From the NCBI GenBank assembly GCA_027487795.1, contig JAIYCX010000039.1, positions 355,811 through 419,810 on the forward strand: DNA of 64,000 nucleotides, given 5' to 3'. Below, piece by piece: positions 43,903 to 54,464 of the stretch. Each line of letters starts with the position of its first letter. Position 1 is the stretch's first letter. Below the pieces are notes generated by a model. The model was given only the letters and a program-made list of their open reading frames with translations, did no database searches and was not told where the DNA came from. A program made the translations under genes and the position numbers. This stretch comes from Pseudomonadota bacterium. GTDB taxonomy: Bacteria > Bdellovibrionota_C > UBA2361 > SZUA-149 > DAOLCO01.

Positions 43903-45288
43903 ATGACTCATTTCAAAACAGAAGAATTAGACTCTAGAAAAGGAGTTTACGTAAAGACATTTGGCTGTCAGGTAAATGAGTATGATACAGAAAAGATGTT
44001 AATGCTTCTTTCTGAGGAATATAAGAGAGTTCTTACTCCAGAAGAAGCAGAAGTTATATTAATAAATACTTGCAGTGTTAGAGAAAAAGCAGAACATAAA
44101 CTGCATGGTTTGCTTGGTCGTTTAAAACCTTTAAAAGAAACTAATCCAGAACTTGTTATAGGAGTCGGCGGATGTGTAGCTCAGCAAGAAGGTAATAATA
44201 TAATCAAACGAAATAAGTTAGTTGATTTCGTAGTAGGCACACATAATATTTCCTTAGTTCCTTCATTAGTAAAAAATTCTAAAATAGATAGAACTCCTCA
44301 AGTAGCAGTAGACTACAGAGATGAATGGGAAGAACTTCCTGATCGCTTTGATGCGATGCCTGATGAATCCTATATAGTAAAATCTACATTTAACTCTTCT
44401 GTTAGGGCACTTGTCGCGATTCAGCGTGGATGTGACAAAATGTGCACATATTGTGTAGTCCCGGGAACAAGGGGTAAACAAGTAAGCCGTGATCCTAAAG
44501 AAATTTTAAAAGAAATTAATCTAAAAGTAAGAATGGGAGCAAGAGAGGTACTATTATTAGGCCAGACTGTTAATTCTTATGGAGTAGATTTAAATCCTAG
44601 AGTAAAATTTTCTAAGCTAATTCAAGAGATATCAGAAATACCTAATGTTAAACGAATTAGATTTATTTCCCCACATCCCGCAGAGGTTAAAAAAGATTTT
44701 ATTGATCTATACAAAAAGATCCCTAGCCTGTGTCCACATATACATTTACCACTACAGTCTGGGAGTGATAGAATTTTAGGCTTAATGAATAGAAGTTATA
44801 AAACCTCAAGATATCTTCAAATAGTAGAAGAGTTAAAAGAAAAATGCCCTAATATCGCAATAACTACTGATATTATTATCGGCTTTCCCACAGAAACTGA
44901 AGAAGACTTCCTAGAAACCTTAGAGGTTGTTAAAAAAGTAAAATATCACAGTGTATTTTCCTTTAAATATTCAAAACGACCGAAAACCAGTGCTCTTGAA
45001 TTTCATGACGATCAAGAAATTCAAGAGGAAATAAAGCAGAATAGGCTAGTTAGATTACAAGAATTAGTAGGAGAACATGCTTTAAGTCATAATAAGTCGT
45101 ATTTGAATAAAGAAATTGAAGTTTTGGTTGAGAGTACCTTAGAAAATATATATAAAGGTAGGTCTCAGGAGAATGTACATGTTGAATTTTTTAAAGATGA
45201 AGGGCAAACTTTAGATATTAAAATGGGTGATATTATAAAAGTAAAAGTCCTAAGAGCTAGCCCGCATGGACTGAAAGGAACTTGTTAA
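43903..45288 (+). CDS. miaB: tRNA-2-methylthio-N6-dimethylallyladenosine synthase MiaB
   Basis: MTTase N-domain VYVKTFGCQVNEYD. Radical-SAM CxxxCxxC (CDKMCTYCVV). TRAM domain. Confidence 0.9.
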   Translation: MTHFKTEELDSRKGVYVKTFGCQVNEYDTEKMLMLLSEEYKRVLTPEEAEVILINTCSVREKAEHKLHGLLGRLKPLKETNPELVIGVGGCVAQQEGNNIIKRNKLVDFVVGTHNISLVPSLVKNSKIDRTPQVAVDYRDEWEELPDRFDAMPDESYIVKSTFNSSVRALVAIQRGCDKMCTYCVVPGTRGKQVSRDPKEILKEINLKVRMGAREVLLLGQTVNSYGVDLNPRVKFSKLIQEISEIPNVKRIRFISPHPAEVKKDFIDLYKKIPSLCPHIHLPLQSGSDRILGLMNRSYKTSRYLQIVEELKEKCPNIAITTDIIIGFPTETEEDFLETLEVVKKVKYHSVFSFKYSKRPKTSALEFHDDQEIQEEIKQNRLVRLQELVGEHALSHNKSYLNKEIEVLVESTLENIYKGRSQENVHVEFFKDEGQTLDIKMGDIIKVKVLRASPHGLKGTC

Positions 45289-45310
45289 TTTTTCAATGTG
45301 TTAATTATTC

Positions 45311-46063
45311 TTGATGACTAAATCTAAACCAAAAAAAAACGAAGAAATTCCTTCGACTTTAAGCTCGGAGAAAAGTAAGTCTACGAAATCAAAAAAACAG
45401 AATACAGAGCTATCTAAAAAAGAAGTAGTTGAAGTTCACGTTGCTGGTATTGTTCTTGATACTGCCTCTAATACTCCCATAGTAATATTAAAACCTTTTG
45501 AAGAAGAAAAATGTCTTCCTCTATGGGTAGGTATACTAGAAGCAACTTCAATTAGTGATGCATTGCAAGGAGTCGTTTCGCCTAGACCGATGACGCACGA
45601 CCTTATAACTTCAATTATTGAAAATACAGGTATTTTTATTAGTAGCGTATCCATAAATACACTCATAGAAAATACCTTTATGGCGAATTTAGAAGTTTCC
45701 TCTGGAGATGAAATAAAGCTTATAGATTCAAGACCAAGTGATGCTATTGCTATCGCTGTAAGAATAGGCTGTCCAATATATATAGAAAAGAAGCTATTTG
45801 AATCAAGCGGAATTAGTATTACTGAAATCTTTCCAAGAGATCTTGCAAATAAAGGCATGTCTTCTATGAAAGATACTGGAACAATGAATACAAATTTACC
45901 TTCTTCCAAAACAACAAAAGATACTTTAAAAGAAGGTCAATCTTATGATAACTCTACACCAGATCAATACTCTGATGGAATTTTCTTTGTAGAGTTAGAT
46001 GAGGAAAAAATGAAAGAAATACTTCAAGATGTAAAACCAGAAGATTTTAAATATAAAATATAA
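45311..46063 (+). CDS. Bifunctional nuclease (BFN/DUF151) domain protein with C-terminal extension
   Basis: VHVAGIVLDTASNTPIVILK...LPLWVG..EA...RPMTHDL pattern. Confidence 0.55.
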   Translation: MMTKSKPKKNEEIPSTLSSEKSKSTKSKKQNTELSKKEVVEVHVAGIVLDTASNTPIVILKPFEEEKCLPLWVGILEATSISDALQGVVSPRPMTHDLITSIIENTGIFISSVSINTLIENTFMANLEVSSGDEIKLIDSRPSDAIAIAVRIGCPIYIEKKLFESSGISITEIFPRDLANKGMSSMKDTGTMNTNLPSSKTTKDTLKEGQSYDNSTPDQYSDGIFFVELDEEKMKEILQDVKPEDFKYKI

Positions 46064-46073
46064 GTAAAGTGTT

Positions 46074-46781
46074 ATGAGTGATATAGATACAGAATTTTCA
46101 GAAATCCAATCATATTTAGTAGCTAATTGGCAAAAAGTTTTATCTGCAGTTTTTACTTTATGCCTAGGAGCTTGGTTCTATGGTGAGTATAAAGAAACTA
46201 TGAATACAAGATTAGGAGAAGCTTCTTATGGTTTTTCTCAAGCTTCTGAATCTTTGAGTGAAGCATTAAGAGAATTAAAAAAGGACCCTAGTTTAGCAGC
46301 TTCTATTGAAAAAAAAGATACTGCATTATCGAACCTTGAAAGAGTTAAATCTGAGTATCAAGATTCATTCTATGCGATTACTGCAAGTATAAAAAAAATA
46401 GCCTCATTATTAGAGATGTCAGGTAATATCAATGAAACTCCAAAATCTGATCTGTTTAAAGGCGATGGCATTGAGAAGAAGCTATTAGCAGAAGTATCAG
46501 AATTATTATCCATTCGTTCGGAACTAGAAAAAAGTAATAATAATGTCGATGCTCAAGCTAAGGTTATAGAAAAATTAAAATCACTTCTAAATTCTTCAAA
46601 ATATGTAAAAGAAGAAGCCGTTTTGACACTTTCTTCTATCTTGTCATCAAAGGAATTAAAGTCATTATTGGAAGAGTTATCTAAAAACAACCCAGAGTTA
46701 CAAGATAACTTTAACAATCTGTTATCTGATCAAGGTATTCATATTACTCAACAGATAGCTCAAGATAATAGTAAGAAGTAA
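46074..46781 (+). CDS. Hypothetical coiled-coil protein with N-terminal TM segment
   Basis: ORF with Shine-Dalgarno. No identifiable domain. Confidence 0.35.
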   Translation: MSDIDTEFSEIQSYLVANWQKVLSAVFTLCLGAWFYGEYKETMNTRLGEASYGFSQASESLSEALRELKKDPSLAASIEKKDTALSNLERVKSEYQDSFYAITASIKKIASLLEMSGNINETPKSDLFKGDGIEKKLLAEVSELLSIRSELEKSNNNVDAQAKVIEKLKSLLNSSKYVKEEAVLTLSSILSSKELKSLLEELSKNNPELQDNFNNLLSDQGIHITQQIAQDNSKK

Positions 46782-46789
46782 TAATTTAT

Positions 46790-47413
46790 ATGAGTATTCG
46801 TATAAATAAAGTTTATACAAGATCTGGTGATCTTGGAGAGACATCATTAGTAGATGGCTCTAAAGTTAAAAAGACTAATATTCGTTGTCGTTCATTTGGA
46901 GAACTGGACGAACTTAATTCTTGCCTTGGGCTAGTTAAGGAAGAATTAGATATTTCTAAACCTGAGCATAATACCTTAAAAGAAGTAGTTGAATATCTAC
47001 AACAAGAACTATTTGATATAGGAGCTGAAATTGCTACTCCTAACGGATTTAGTTATCCAACTATGTGGATCACTAATGAAAAACATGTTGAGCATTTAGA
47101 ATTACTATGTGATCACTTTAATGAAAACCTTCGTGAACTTAAGTCATTTATATTACCCGGAGGCAGTAAATTAGCTTCATATCTTCATCTTGCAAGAACA
47201 GTTTGTAGAAGAGGGGAGCGAGTAATAGCTGAATTGTTCGAATCAGAATTTAACTTACCAGAAGAAAAATGCTCTAATAGAAATATATTTAGATATATAA
47301 ATAGGCTGAGTGATTTATTATTCGTGTTATCTAGGTATGTCCTAGAAATAGAAAATAAGACTCCACCCTTGTGGATAAGAGAAGCTGACAGAAAAAGGCC
47401 TGTTTTAAAGTAA
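46790..47413 (+). CDS. PduO-type ATP:cob(I)alamin adenosyltransferase (MMAB family)
   Basis: N-terminal KVYTRSGDLGETSL motif. ELDELNSCLGL helix. Confidence 0.7.
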   Translation: MSIRINKVYTRSGDLGETSLVDGSKVKKTNIRCRSFGELDELNSCLGLVKEELDISKPEHNTLKEVVEYLQQELFDIGAEIATPNGFSYPTMWITNEKHVEHLELLCDHFNENLRELKSFILPGGSKLASYLHLARTVCRRGERVIAELFESEFNLPEEKCSNRNIFRYINRLSDLLFVLSRYVLEIENKTPPLWIREADRKRPVLK

Positions 47414-47418
47414 AAATT

Positions 47419-47964
47419 CTACTTCTTGTACTTTTTACTCTTAGGATCAACTTTTGTTTCAGTAGTTTCAGGTACAGTTTCAGATATAGTTTCTTCAGGA
47501 GTATCTACTGCCACAGGCTGGGCAGTTTGAGTGGTTGGTAACACGTCAACAGATGCACCATGTTTAAAAACTAACTCGCCACCTCTATGACTTGTTAAAC
47601 ATGCTAAAATTAAGCTTAGTACTAAGCAAGGAGTATAAACCCAATGTAGAATTTCATTTGGTTTTATAGCTCGAATAATCGAAAATAATATTGTAGGAAT
47701 TAAAGACATTAGAAAAAGTTTTGCTGAAGCTTGATGATGTGAAATAACTTCTTCAGGAACCTGAAATGTAATGTTTGCTCGCTCTGCATCATAAAATCCC
47801 GTATAATAAGTCGCTATTGAAAATATTCCTAGTAAGCATGCCAGATAGCAGGAAAAGACTCTCCAAGTATTTGTATCGCCAAAGAATGCAACTAGCTCAG
47901 TTATAAAAATAACAAAAAGAAGCACTGCTGGAAAACTTGCAAATATAGGATGAAACGGAAGCAT
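47419..47964 (-). CDS. Membrane protein (DUF2231-like), hypothetical
   Basis: Four TM helices. Acidic Thr/Glu-rich tail. Confidence 0.4.
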   Translation of the reverse strand: MLPFHPIFASFPAVLLFVIFITELVAFFGDTNTWRVFSCYLACLLGIFSIATYYTGFYDAERANITFQVPEEVISHHQASAKLFLMSLIPTILFSIIRAIKPNEILHWVYTPCLVLSLILACLTSHRGGELVFKHGASVDVLPTTQTAQPVAVDTPEETISETVPETTETKVDPKSKKYKK

Positions 47965-49221
47965 TTACTTAAATAATTTTTCTATAATACTTAATGACCC
48001 AATAGCCATACCAATCATACATCCTAAATTGGAGAATCCGACAACTAGTAATATTCTTAAGACTCTATTTTTCCATAAGCCAGAAATATTCATACCTGAT
48101 ATAGATGTTATATCATCGGTAATAGTGTCAAAATCATTAACAGTTGGCTTCCTTATTAAAGCTTCAACAAAGCCAGAAACCCATCCAGTAGCAATTCCTG
48201 GATGAATAGCTGCTATTGGGGCTATAAAGCCTGCTGAGAGTATCGATAGGGGATGTCCCAGAGCTATAGCTGCTCCTATCGCGGCACATATTCCAGTGGA
48301 TAAGCACCAAATTCCAATTAACGACAATCCTGCTTGGTAATCAAAGGTAATAAAAATATATATTAATGACAACACTAGAAATGCAGGCATTCCGTATAAA
48401 AGTAACTTAGAAATTAAAGTAGGGGGAGGTAATTTTGATACTTCTGTTCTATCGATATTAGGACTGTGTGAAGTGCTCTCTTGAACTTTAGAAAATAAAT
48501 TCATCATACCGGAAACGTGACCAGCACCGACAACTGCTAAAATAGAATTATTTTTACTAGAAACTGATTCTAAAAGTATTGATGACATATAAGTATCACG
48601 TTCATCAACAATGACTTTTTTTATTTCAGGTAACTTATCAGAAAACTCGTTTAATGCAGATATTAATTGATCTTCTTGCTTTAACTTTTCTATTTCTTCT
48701 TCAGTAATTTCTTCTTCATTATTTGAGCTAAAGCCACTAAATAATATCTTAAAAAGCATGGTCCAAGAGACATTAGCCCAAGCTCTTCTCATTGTTATTT
48801 TAATGTCTCTATCTATTAAAATAATTTCAGAATTAATTTCATTAGCTGTAGAAATAGCAGCACTCATTTCAGCGCCAGGTTCAATATTAAGCTTTTTTGC
48901 TATTCGTTTTTGATGTGCAGATAAGAATAATTGAATAAGTAATACTGCGGACTTTCCTGACTTTATAAGTGTAAAGATATCTGTTTTTTTCCAGCGATCA
49001 GGATTAGTTAGAGCTTCATATCTGCCTTCACAAAGCTCAATAGCAACAGCTTTGGGGCGGTAAAACAAAATTAAAGACCTCACGTCATCCGCACTTTTTT
49101 TACTTACGTGAGCTGTTCCGAAGAGAACAATCTTTCCCTGATCTGGATTACTTGGATCTATACTTATTTCATACAATGGCCCATCAACACTAGGCCCATC
49201 AACTACAGTCTTTGATAACAT
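47965..49221 (-). CDS. TraB/GumN/PrgY family protein with C-terminal TM helices
   Basis: IVLFGTAHVSKKSADDV...AVAIELCEGRYEAL signature. Confidence 0.65.
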   Translation of the reverse strand: MLSKTVVDGPSVDGPLYEISIDPSNPDQGKIVLFGTAHVSKKSADDVRSLILFYRPKAVAIELCEGRYEALTNPDRWKKTDIFTLIKSGKSAVLLIQLFLSAHQKRIAKKLNIEPGAEMSAAISTANEINSEIILIDRDIKITMRRAWANVSWTMLFKILFSGFSSNNEEEITEEEIEKLKQEDQLISALNEFSDKLPEIKKVIVDERDTYMSSILLESVSSKNNSILAVVGAGHVSGMMNLFSKVQESTSHSPNIDRTEVSKLPPPTLISKLLLYGMPAFLVLSLIYIFITFDYQAGLSLIGIWCLSTGICAAIGAAIALGHPLSILSAGFIAPIAAIHPGIATGWVSGFVEALIRKPTVNDFDTITDDITSISGMNISGLWKNRVLRILLVVGFSNLGCMIGMAIGSLSIIEKLFK

Positions 49222-49368
49222 TATAATACTTAATTAGACTTTTAAAATGGTCATCATGCCCGATAAGCTTACTTATAGGGCATCACAGTAGGGCATATAA
49301 TTACTAATTACCCTAGCGCAATACTACCCTAGAGTTCAGATTCTAGGGAGTATTATTTTAATCAAAAT

Positions 49369-51270
49369 TTATAGTCTTGTTTGAATGCCAAAGATTATAG
49401 AAGCTCCGTAAGTTCCGTATCCTGGTATTTCTTGATAATCCTTATCTAATAAGTTCTGAACTCTGATATATGGAGTCAAATAATCAAAACCAGAATATTC
49501 AGTGACTGCATTAACTAAAATATAGTCATCCATATTTTTACCGTCAGAGTCTATTCTATCGGCGATACCAATCACATCTGTTCTTAGTACTAAGTTATCA
49601 ACTGGCAGTACTCGTAGTGACAATCCACCCTGATGACGAGCTCTTCTTGGTAAGACTGAATTCGAATCTCTATTTTCCGAGTCTAAATAAGTATAACTTA
49701 AGGTAGGCTCTACATATTGACTAACTTTAAAAGAAACTTTTGATTCTATACCAGTAGCATATGCACTTTGTATATTCTCTGGAGCATTAGTTAATACGTC
49801 AAAAGAAATTAAATCATCAAAGTTGTTATAAAAAAAAGTTATGTCCGATTTAAAATATGAAGTAGTTGTTTCAAATCCTACATCATAAGATTGACTCTTC
49901 TCAGCATCAAGATTTGGATTAGAAAATCCTGGAAAATACAAATCACTCAGCGTTGGTGCTCTATAACCAGTGCCATAACTTGTATGCACTCTTGATGATA
50001 CAGCTTCAAAACTTTGTGATGCTGTTAATCTGTAAGTAAAGATATTTCCAAACGAAGAATCAAAATCTTCTCTAGCCCCAGCTGTTAAGTTAGTTCCTTC
50101 AAATGGAGAAAACTTTTGATCAGCAAATATGCTATTTATATCCCTACTTTTATTAAATTGCTCTAATGAATTCCCATCGTTTCTTTCATAAGAATAACCA
50201 AGTAAAGTTGTTATATCATCAGAAAATTTAAAAACGTTCTGTTGTTGAACATTATAATTTGTAGATTTAAAAGCATAATTATTAAAGCTAGTTTCTGGAT
50301 CTAATCCCTTAAAATAATCAGAATTATAAGCTAGAACTAAAGTGGGATTAAAAAATATTTTTTCTTCTTTTTCTACTTGACCAAACTTAAGACTAGACTG
50401 TACAGACTCTCTTCTTTGTCTGTAATCTAATGCATCTATAGAGCCAGTAGCAAAATCAAAACCATCTAACTCAGAATTACTTTTAAGATATCTAAAAGTT
50501 GGGGTTATTTCTACATCTTCAATTGTAGCAGTTGCCTTCCCTACTACGCTAGCTGCGGAATATGGATCATTCTCTGGATTATTGTTGGAAGTTTCTGCTA
50601 CAGATGTACCGTGTAGCGAAAACCATGAAGTTCCAATAAAGCCTTTTAGATTTTCAGTTCCTCCTGTAGTGGTAGCTTGATATCTCTGCTCACCATATGA
50701 TCCAGCCTCTGTATTAAGAGTAAGAGATTCTTCATCTGATGGGCCTTCAGTAATAATATTTATTACCCCGCCTAAAGCATCACTTCCATAAAGTGTACTT
50801 TGTGCTCCCTTTAAAACTTCTACTTTTTTAACACCAAGTGAGTTAAAATCAGCGAAATCAAATTGACCACTTAAATTTTCATTAATAGGAATACCATCTA
50901 CCATTACTAGACTTTGACTTGATCCTGCACCTCTTAAAAACACACTGGTAGTTCTACCTGGACCTCCAGATTGAGTTACTTGTAGGCCAGGTACACTTCT
51001 TAGTGTATCAGCCAAAGTAAAATCACGTCTTTCTTTTATTTCCTGTGATTGAACTAAATTATAAGTTGATCCAACTTCTTTAGTTTCCTCTTCGAATCTG
51101 TTAGCAGTAATTATCATTTCGGGAATAGACTCTTCTGAGGCCCCTGAAAGTGTCTCCGCTACACTAAAGTCAGCTAATATTAATTGTGATAAAGGCAAAG
51201 AAGTAAATGCGCAGGCACTAAACATTCTCGCCAATGTTTTTTTGACGTTCATTCCGATTCTCCAGTACAT
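49369..51270 (-). CDS. btuB: TonB-dependent receptor, BtuB-like (cobalamin uptake inferred from the upstream riboswitch)
   Basis: Plug motif VMVDGIPINENLSG...VEVLKGAQSTLYGSDALGGVINI. Beta-barrel. Signal peptide. B12 riboswitch immediately upstream. Confidence 0.7.
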   Translation of the reverse strand: MYWRIGMNVKKTLARMFSACAFTSLPLSQLILADFSVAETLSGASEESIPEMIITANRFEEETKEVGSTYNLVQSQEIKERRDFTLADTLRSVPGLQVTQSGGPGRTTSVFLRGAGSSQSLVMVDGIPINENLSGQFDFADFNSLGVKKVEVLKGAQSTLYGSDALGGVINIITEGPSDEESLTLNTEAGSYGEQRYQATTTGGTENLKGFIGTSWFSLHGTSVAETSNNNPENDPYSAASVVGKATATIEDVEITPTFRYLKSNSELDGFDFATGSIDALDYRQRRESVQSSLKFGQVEKEEKIFFNPTLVLAYNSDYFKGLDPETSFNNYAFKSTNYNVQQQNVFKFSDDITTLLGYSYERNDGNSLEQFNKSRDINSIFADQKFSPFEGTNLTAGAREDFDSSFGNIFTYRLTASQSFEAVSSRVHTSYGTGYRAPTLSDLYFPGFSNPNLDAEKSQSYDVGFETTTSYFKSDITFFYNNFDDLISFDVLTNAPENIQSAYATGIESKVSFKVSQYVEPTLSYTYLDSENRDSNSVLPRRARHQGGLSLRVLPVDNLVLRTDVIGIADRIDSDGKNMDDYILVNAVTEYSGFDYLTPYIRVQNLLDKDYQEIPGYGTYGASIIFGIQTRL

Positions 51271-51294
51271 CCCCCTCGGGACTCTAGATTTATA

Positions 51295-51505
51295 TTAGCC
51301 AATAATGCCTGGTATCCTGGCTTGCAGTCATCCTACTAAGAGACAATCCTTCCCAAAATTTGCTCTATTTAAATAATAAATAGGAAAAAATCAGTGGACA
51401 TGAATAGAGTCTCTATTCGTCGTGCATACAGTTGCGGGGCAGCGAAAGATTTTAACTTTACTTCCCAGAGAGAATATTAATACAGTTAATATTAGTACTC
51501 TCTAT
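51295..51505 (-). promoter_or_regulatory. Cobalamin (AdoCbl) riboswitch in the btuB leader
   Basis: Minus-strand RNA contains GGGAAGUAAAGUUAAAAUCUUUCGCUGCCCCGCAACUGUA (consensus GGGAA..GGUG.AAAUCC...GUCCCGCAACUGUA). The downstream B12 box is AAGCCAGGAUACCAGGCA (consensus AGYCAGGAGACCUGCC). Confidence 0.6.
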
Positions 51506-51603
51506 TCATAAAATTTTTATAATCTTATGAAAAACATAATTGGTGCTAGTTAAAATTAACTAGCATAGAATAACTAACACTATATATATTTATGGTAAAG
51601 TAC

Positions 51604-52749
51604 TTAGTCTTTTTGAGTATTATTAGACTCCGCCGGTAATACGTCTGATGTATTCTTAGTATTTTTTTCTTCTACTAATGGCTTATCTTTTAAAGCCTCG
51701 ATAACTCCTAGTTGTTTCAACAAATCGTTAGTATCTAACTTTTGTACTGATAAACCTGATGAATCGTTTATTACTACAAATTTAGGATTTGCCTTAATCA
51801 ACTGTTCTGCTATCTCCATTTTAAGAATAGCTTCTCCTCCTGGGCCGCTAAGTGCTTCCGTTCTTTTTCTTAGTCCCTCAAGATTTTCTGCACCTACTGC
51901 TTTTATTCTATCGGCTTCTAAAGTTTTTGCTTTTAAATATGAATTTCCTCTCAAAGTAGCTTGATCTTTTCTACCTCTAGCTTCTTCGTTAGCTCTATTA
52001 ACTTTTGCTAAAGCCTCGTTAAATTCGATTTTCTTTTGCTCTATTACAGAGGCAATTCTTTTCTTTTCTTGCTCAGTTTCCTGATTCGTAGCCTGAGTTT
52101 GATCTATTTTTTGTTGATAGCTGTCATCAATACTATCTTTTTTAACTCTTTCAAAACGGTGTCCTTTATAATTAACTGCATCAATTATTATTCCTTCTGC
52201 ATTTAGACGAGCATTCATTGCGACTTTAGTCCTATCAAGCCCTTCTTGTCTTTTTTCTTGTCTGAAAAAATCTCTTGTAGAAAGTGTATTTAAATGAGTC
52301 CTAATATCTGCTCTTGCCACAGCAGATACTAATTCGTGTATTCTCTGTTTCATTTTTGTTTTATCGCCTGAAACATACTGTATAATATGCGCGACTTTTG
52401 TAGGATCGATATGATAGTGAACTGTCAAAGAAAGTAAAACCTCATTTCCGTCTACAGTTCTAGTTTGAACAGCATCATCAAATTTCTTACCGGATTGCAT
52501 GTCCTTATGCTCACCCCAACTTATAGTTTGAACTGTAGTATCTATCTTATATAGTTCTTCCCATGGCATAACTAATACAGCAGGTCCTGGAACCAATACA
52601 GTTGATTTTACTCCGCCACCTAGAAAAGTTGGAAGCTTAACAAATTCTACTCCATATTCTCCTGGTTCTAAAGTTTGATAACCAGTATCACAGGCAGATA
52701 AACCAAATAATGAAATTACCGCTATAATTGTAATTATATAATTTCTCAT
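51604..52749 (-). CDS. SPFH/band-7 domain lipoprotein
   Basis: Lipobox LSAC. SPFH core followed by a long coiled-coil. Confidence 0.55.
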   Translation of the reverse strand: MRNYIITIIAVISLFGLSACDTGYQTLEPGEYGVEFVKLPTFLGGGVKSTVLVPGPAVLVMPWEELYKIDTTVQTISWGEHKDMQSGKKFDDAVQTRTVDGNEVLLSLTVHYHIDPTKVAHIIQYVSGDKTKMKQRIHELVSAVARADIRTHLNTLSTRDFFRQEKRQEGLDRTKVAMNARLNAEGIIIDAVNYKGHRFERVKKDSIDDSYQQKIDQTQATNQETEQEKKRIASVIEQKKIEFNEALAKVNRANEEARGRKDQATLRGNSYLKAKTLEADRIKAVGAENLEGLRKRTEALSGPGGEAILKMEIAEQLIKANPKFVVINDSSGLSVQKLDTNDLLKQLGVIEALKDKPLVEEKNTKNTSDVLPAESNNTQKD

Positions 52750-52750
52750 T

Positions 52751-53908
52751 TTATTTTTCTCCAGTTTTATTTGTAGAAGAAAATTTATCTATCCACTGAG
52801 TCATATTATAAGGATCTATACCAGTTATTATTCCACCTTGTAATGAAGAAATAAATGGAACCATTTTTCTAGCAGCATATATTTTTCCACCTTGAGTAGC
52901 TAATATTTCATTTTTATCTTTTTCTATCGCTGCGGAAGAAATTTCAACAAGTTTATCACCTTTTGCAATTTGTTCTTGTTCGTACTTCTTTGCTTCTTCA
53001 TCTAAAACTTGAACTGTAGACTCTCCTTCTACCTTTAGAACACTAATCTTTTGGCCGTCCCATATAGCTCGTACTTCTTCAGTTTGAGCTCTAGCCTCGG
53101 CTAGTTCACTCTTAGCTGCATTTAATCTTTCTGTGGCATCTTGTAAATTTTTTGCAAAAATTTGATCATCAATATTTTGTTCGGAATAAACATATCTTCT
53201 AATTAGCGTAGCCCAAAGCTCTATTCCATCTTTATTTAAGCCCTTGTTAATTTCTTCAGTAGCTTTAAATGCAGCTTTTTCCCTTAAAGCAGGATTATAA
53301 TAATCTGTTGTTGAAAGTCCACTTAGCCACTGTTTTAAATAATTTTCTGCGTTAGTAGCAAAAGCTACTAATTGTTTATTATAATCTGCAGTATAAGTAT
53401 TAACTAAATCCTTAGGCCCACCGTGTGTTCTGGAAACCTCTTTAACTAATGGAACATCATTATCACCGCCAGTTGCTAGTGTCTGATTTTCTGTAGTTCC
53501 AATTCTTAAGGTAGTTCCTGGTTTGTCAAAAAATCTTACAATTAAGCTAATATCAGTCTTTACTTTAGAACCATCTGTAGTAGGAATTTCTAATTTTGAT
53601 AGAGATAGATCTCCTTCAACTTCTCTGTCATCCATTTGTACAAATTGAAAATCTCGAGGAATTAAAATAATATTTGAAACGTATGGTATCTTCCACTGTA
53701 ATCCTGGATTTAATCCATCTTCCTGATATCCGCCTGTAATAAAACCTGGAATAGAGACTAGATTTCTCCTGATACCAATCATGTTTGGTGGGATTACTTT
53801 TCCAAATACAAAAAAGAATATAAAGAATAAAAATAAAGTCAGCATAGTTAATGTAACAAGTAATGTTACTACTCCGCCTTTTTCGTGATTGTATTGATTC
53901 TTATTCAT
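52751..53908 (-). CDS. SPFH/band-7 domain membrane protein (paired with the preceding lipoprotein)
   Basis: N-terminal TM and coiled-coil C-terminal half. Adjacent to and co-oriented with 51604-52749. Confidence 0.5.
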   Translation of the reverse strand: MNKNQYNHEKGGVVTLLVTLTMLTLFLFFIFFFVFGKVIPPNMIGIRRNLVSIPGFITGGYQEDGLNPGLQWKIPYVSNIILIPRDFQFVQMDDREVEGDLSLSKLEIPTTDGSKVKTDISLIVRFFDKPGTTLRIGTTENQTLATGGDNDVPLVKEVSRTHGGPKDLVNTYTADYNKQLVAFATNAENYLKQWLSGLSTTDYYNPALREKAAFKATEEINKGLNKDGIELWATLIRRYVYSEQNIDDQIFAKNLQDATERLNAAKSELAEARAQTEEVRAIWDGQKISVLKVEGESTVQVLDEEAKKYEQEQIAKGDKLVEISSAAIEKDKNEILATQGGKIYAARKMVPFISSLQGGIITGIDPYNMTQWIDKFSSTNKTGEK

Positions 53909-53966
53909 TTTTCACTTTTAAATATTGTACTTTAACTTATCAACATCCTTATGTTATATGCCTAAT

Positions 53967-54464
53967 ATGAAAATCGCAAATTTACAAGTAGTGCTAGTAG
54001 AACCGAATATACCACAAAATACAGGTACTATTGCTCGCTTACTAGCCGCAAATTGTTTAAAACTACACCTGATTAAACCTTTAGGATTTTCCCTATCAGA
54101 TAAATACTTAAAACGAGCGGGATTAGACTATTGGGAATATGTAAAAATAAATGTACACGAGTCATTCGATGATTTTCTTTTATCAGAAGAAATATCAGAA
54201 ACGGATGTAAACTCAGGTAGGTTAAAAATATTTACAACTAAGGGCGAGAATAATATTTTTTCATGCAATTATAGCGACAACGATATTTTAATCTTTGGCA
54301 ATGAGACTTCAGGTTTATCGGATCTTTATCACGAAAAATTTAAAAACTTTAGATATCTAATTCCAATGATTGAACCCGGTATCAGAAGTCTTAACTTATC
54401 CAATGCTGTATCAATAGTTACATACGAAGCATTAAGGCAATTAAATTTTCAAACTAATGTTTAA
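53967..54464 (+). CDS. trmL: tRNA (cytidine/uridine-2'-O-)-methyltransferase TrmL (SpoU family)
   Basis: VVLVEPNIPQNTGTIARL and SLNLSNAVSIVTYEALRQL motifs. The ORF track begins 42 nt upstream. Confidence 0.75.
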   Translation: MKIANLQVVLVEPNIPQNTGTIARLLAANCLKLHLIKPLGFSLSDKYLKRAGLDYWEYVKINVHESFDDFLLSEEISETDVNSGRLKIFTTKGENNIFSCNYSDNDILIFGNETSGLSDLYHEKFKNFRYLIPMIEPGIRSLNLSNAVSIVTYEALRQLNFQTNV

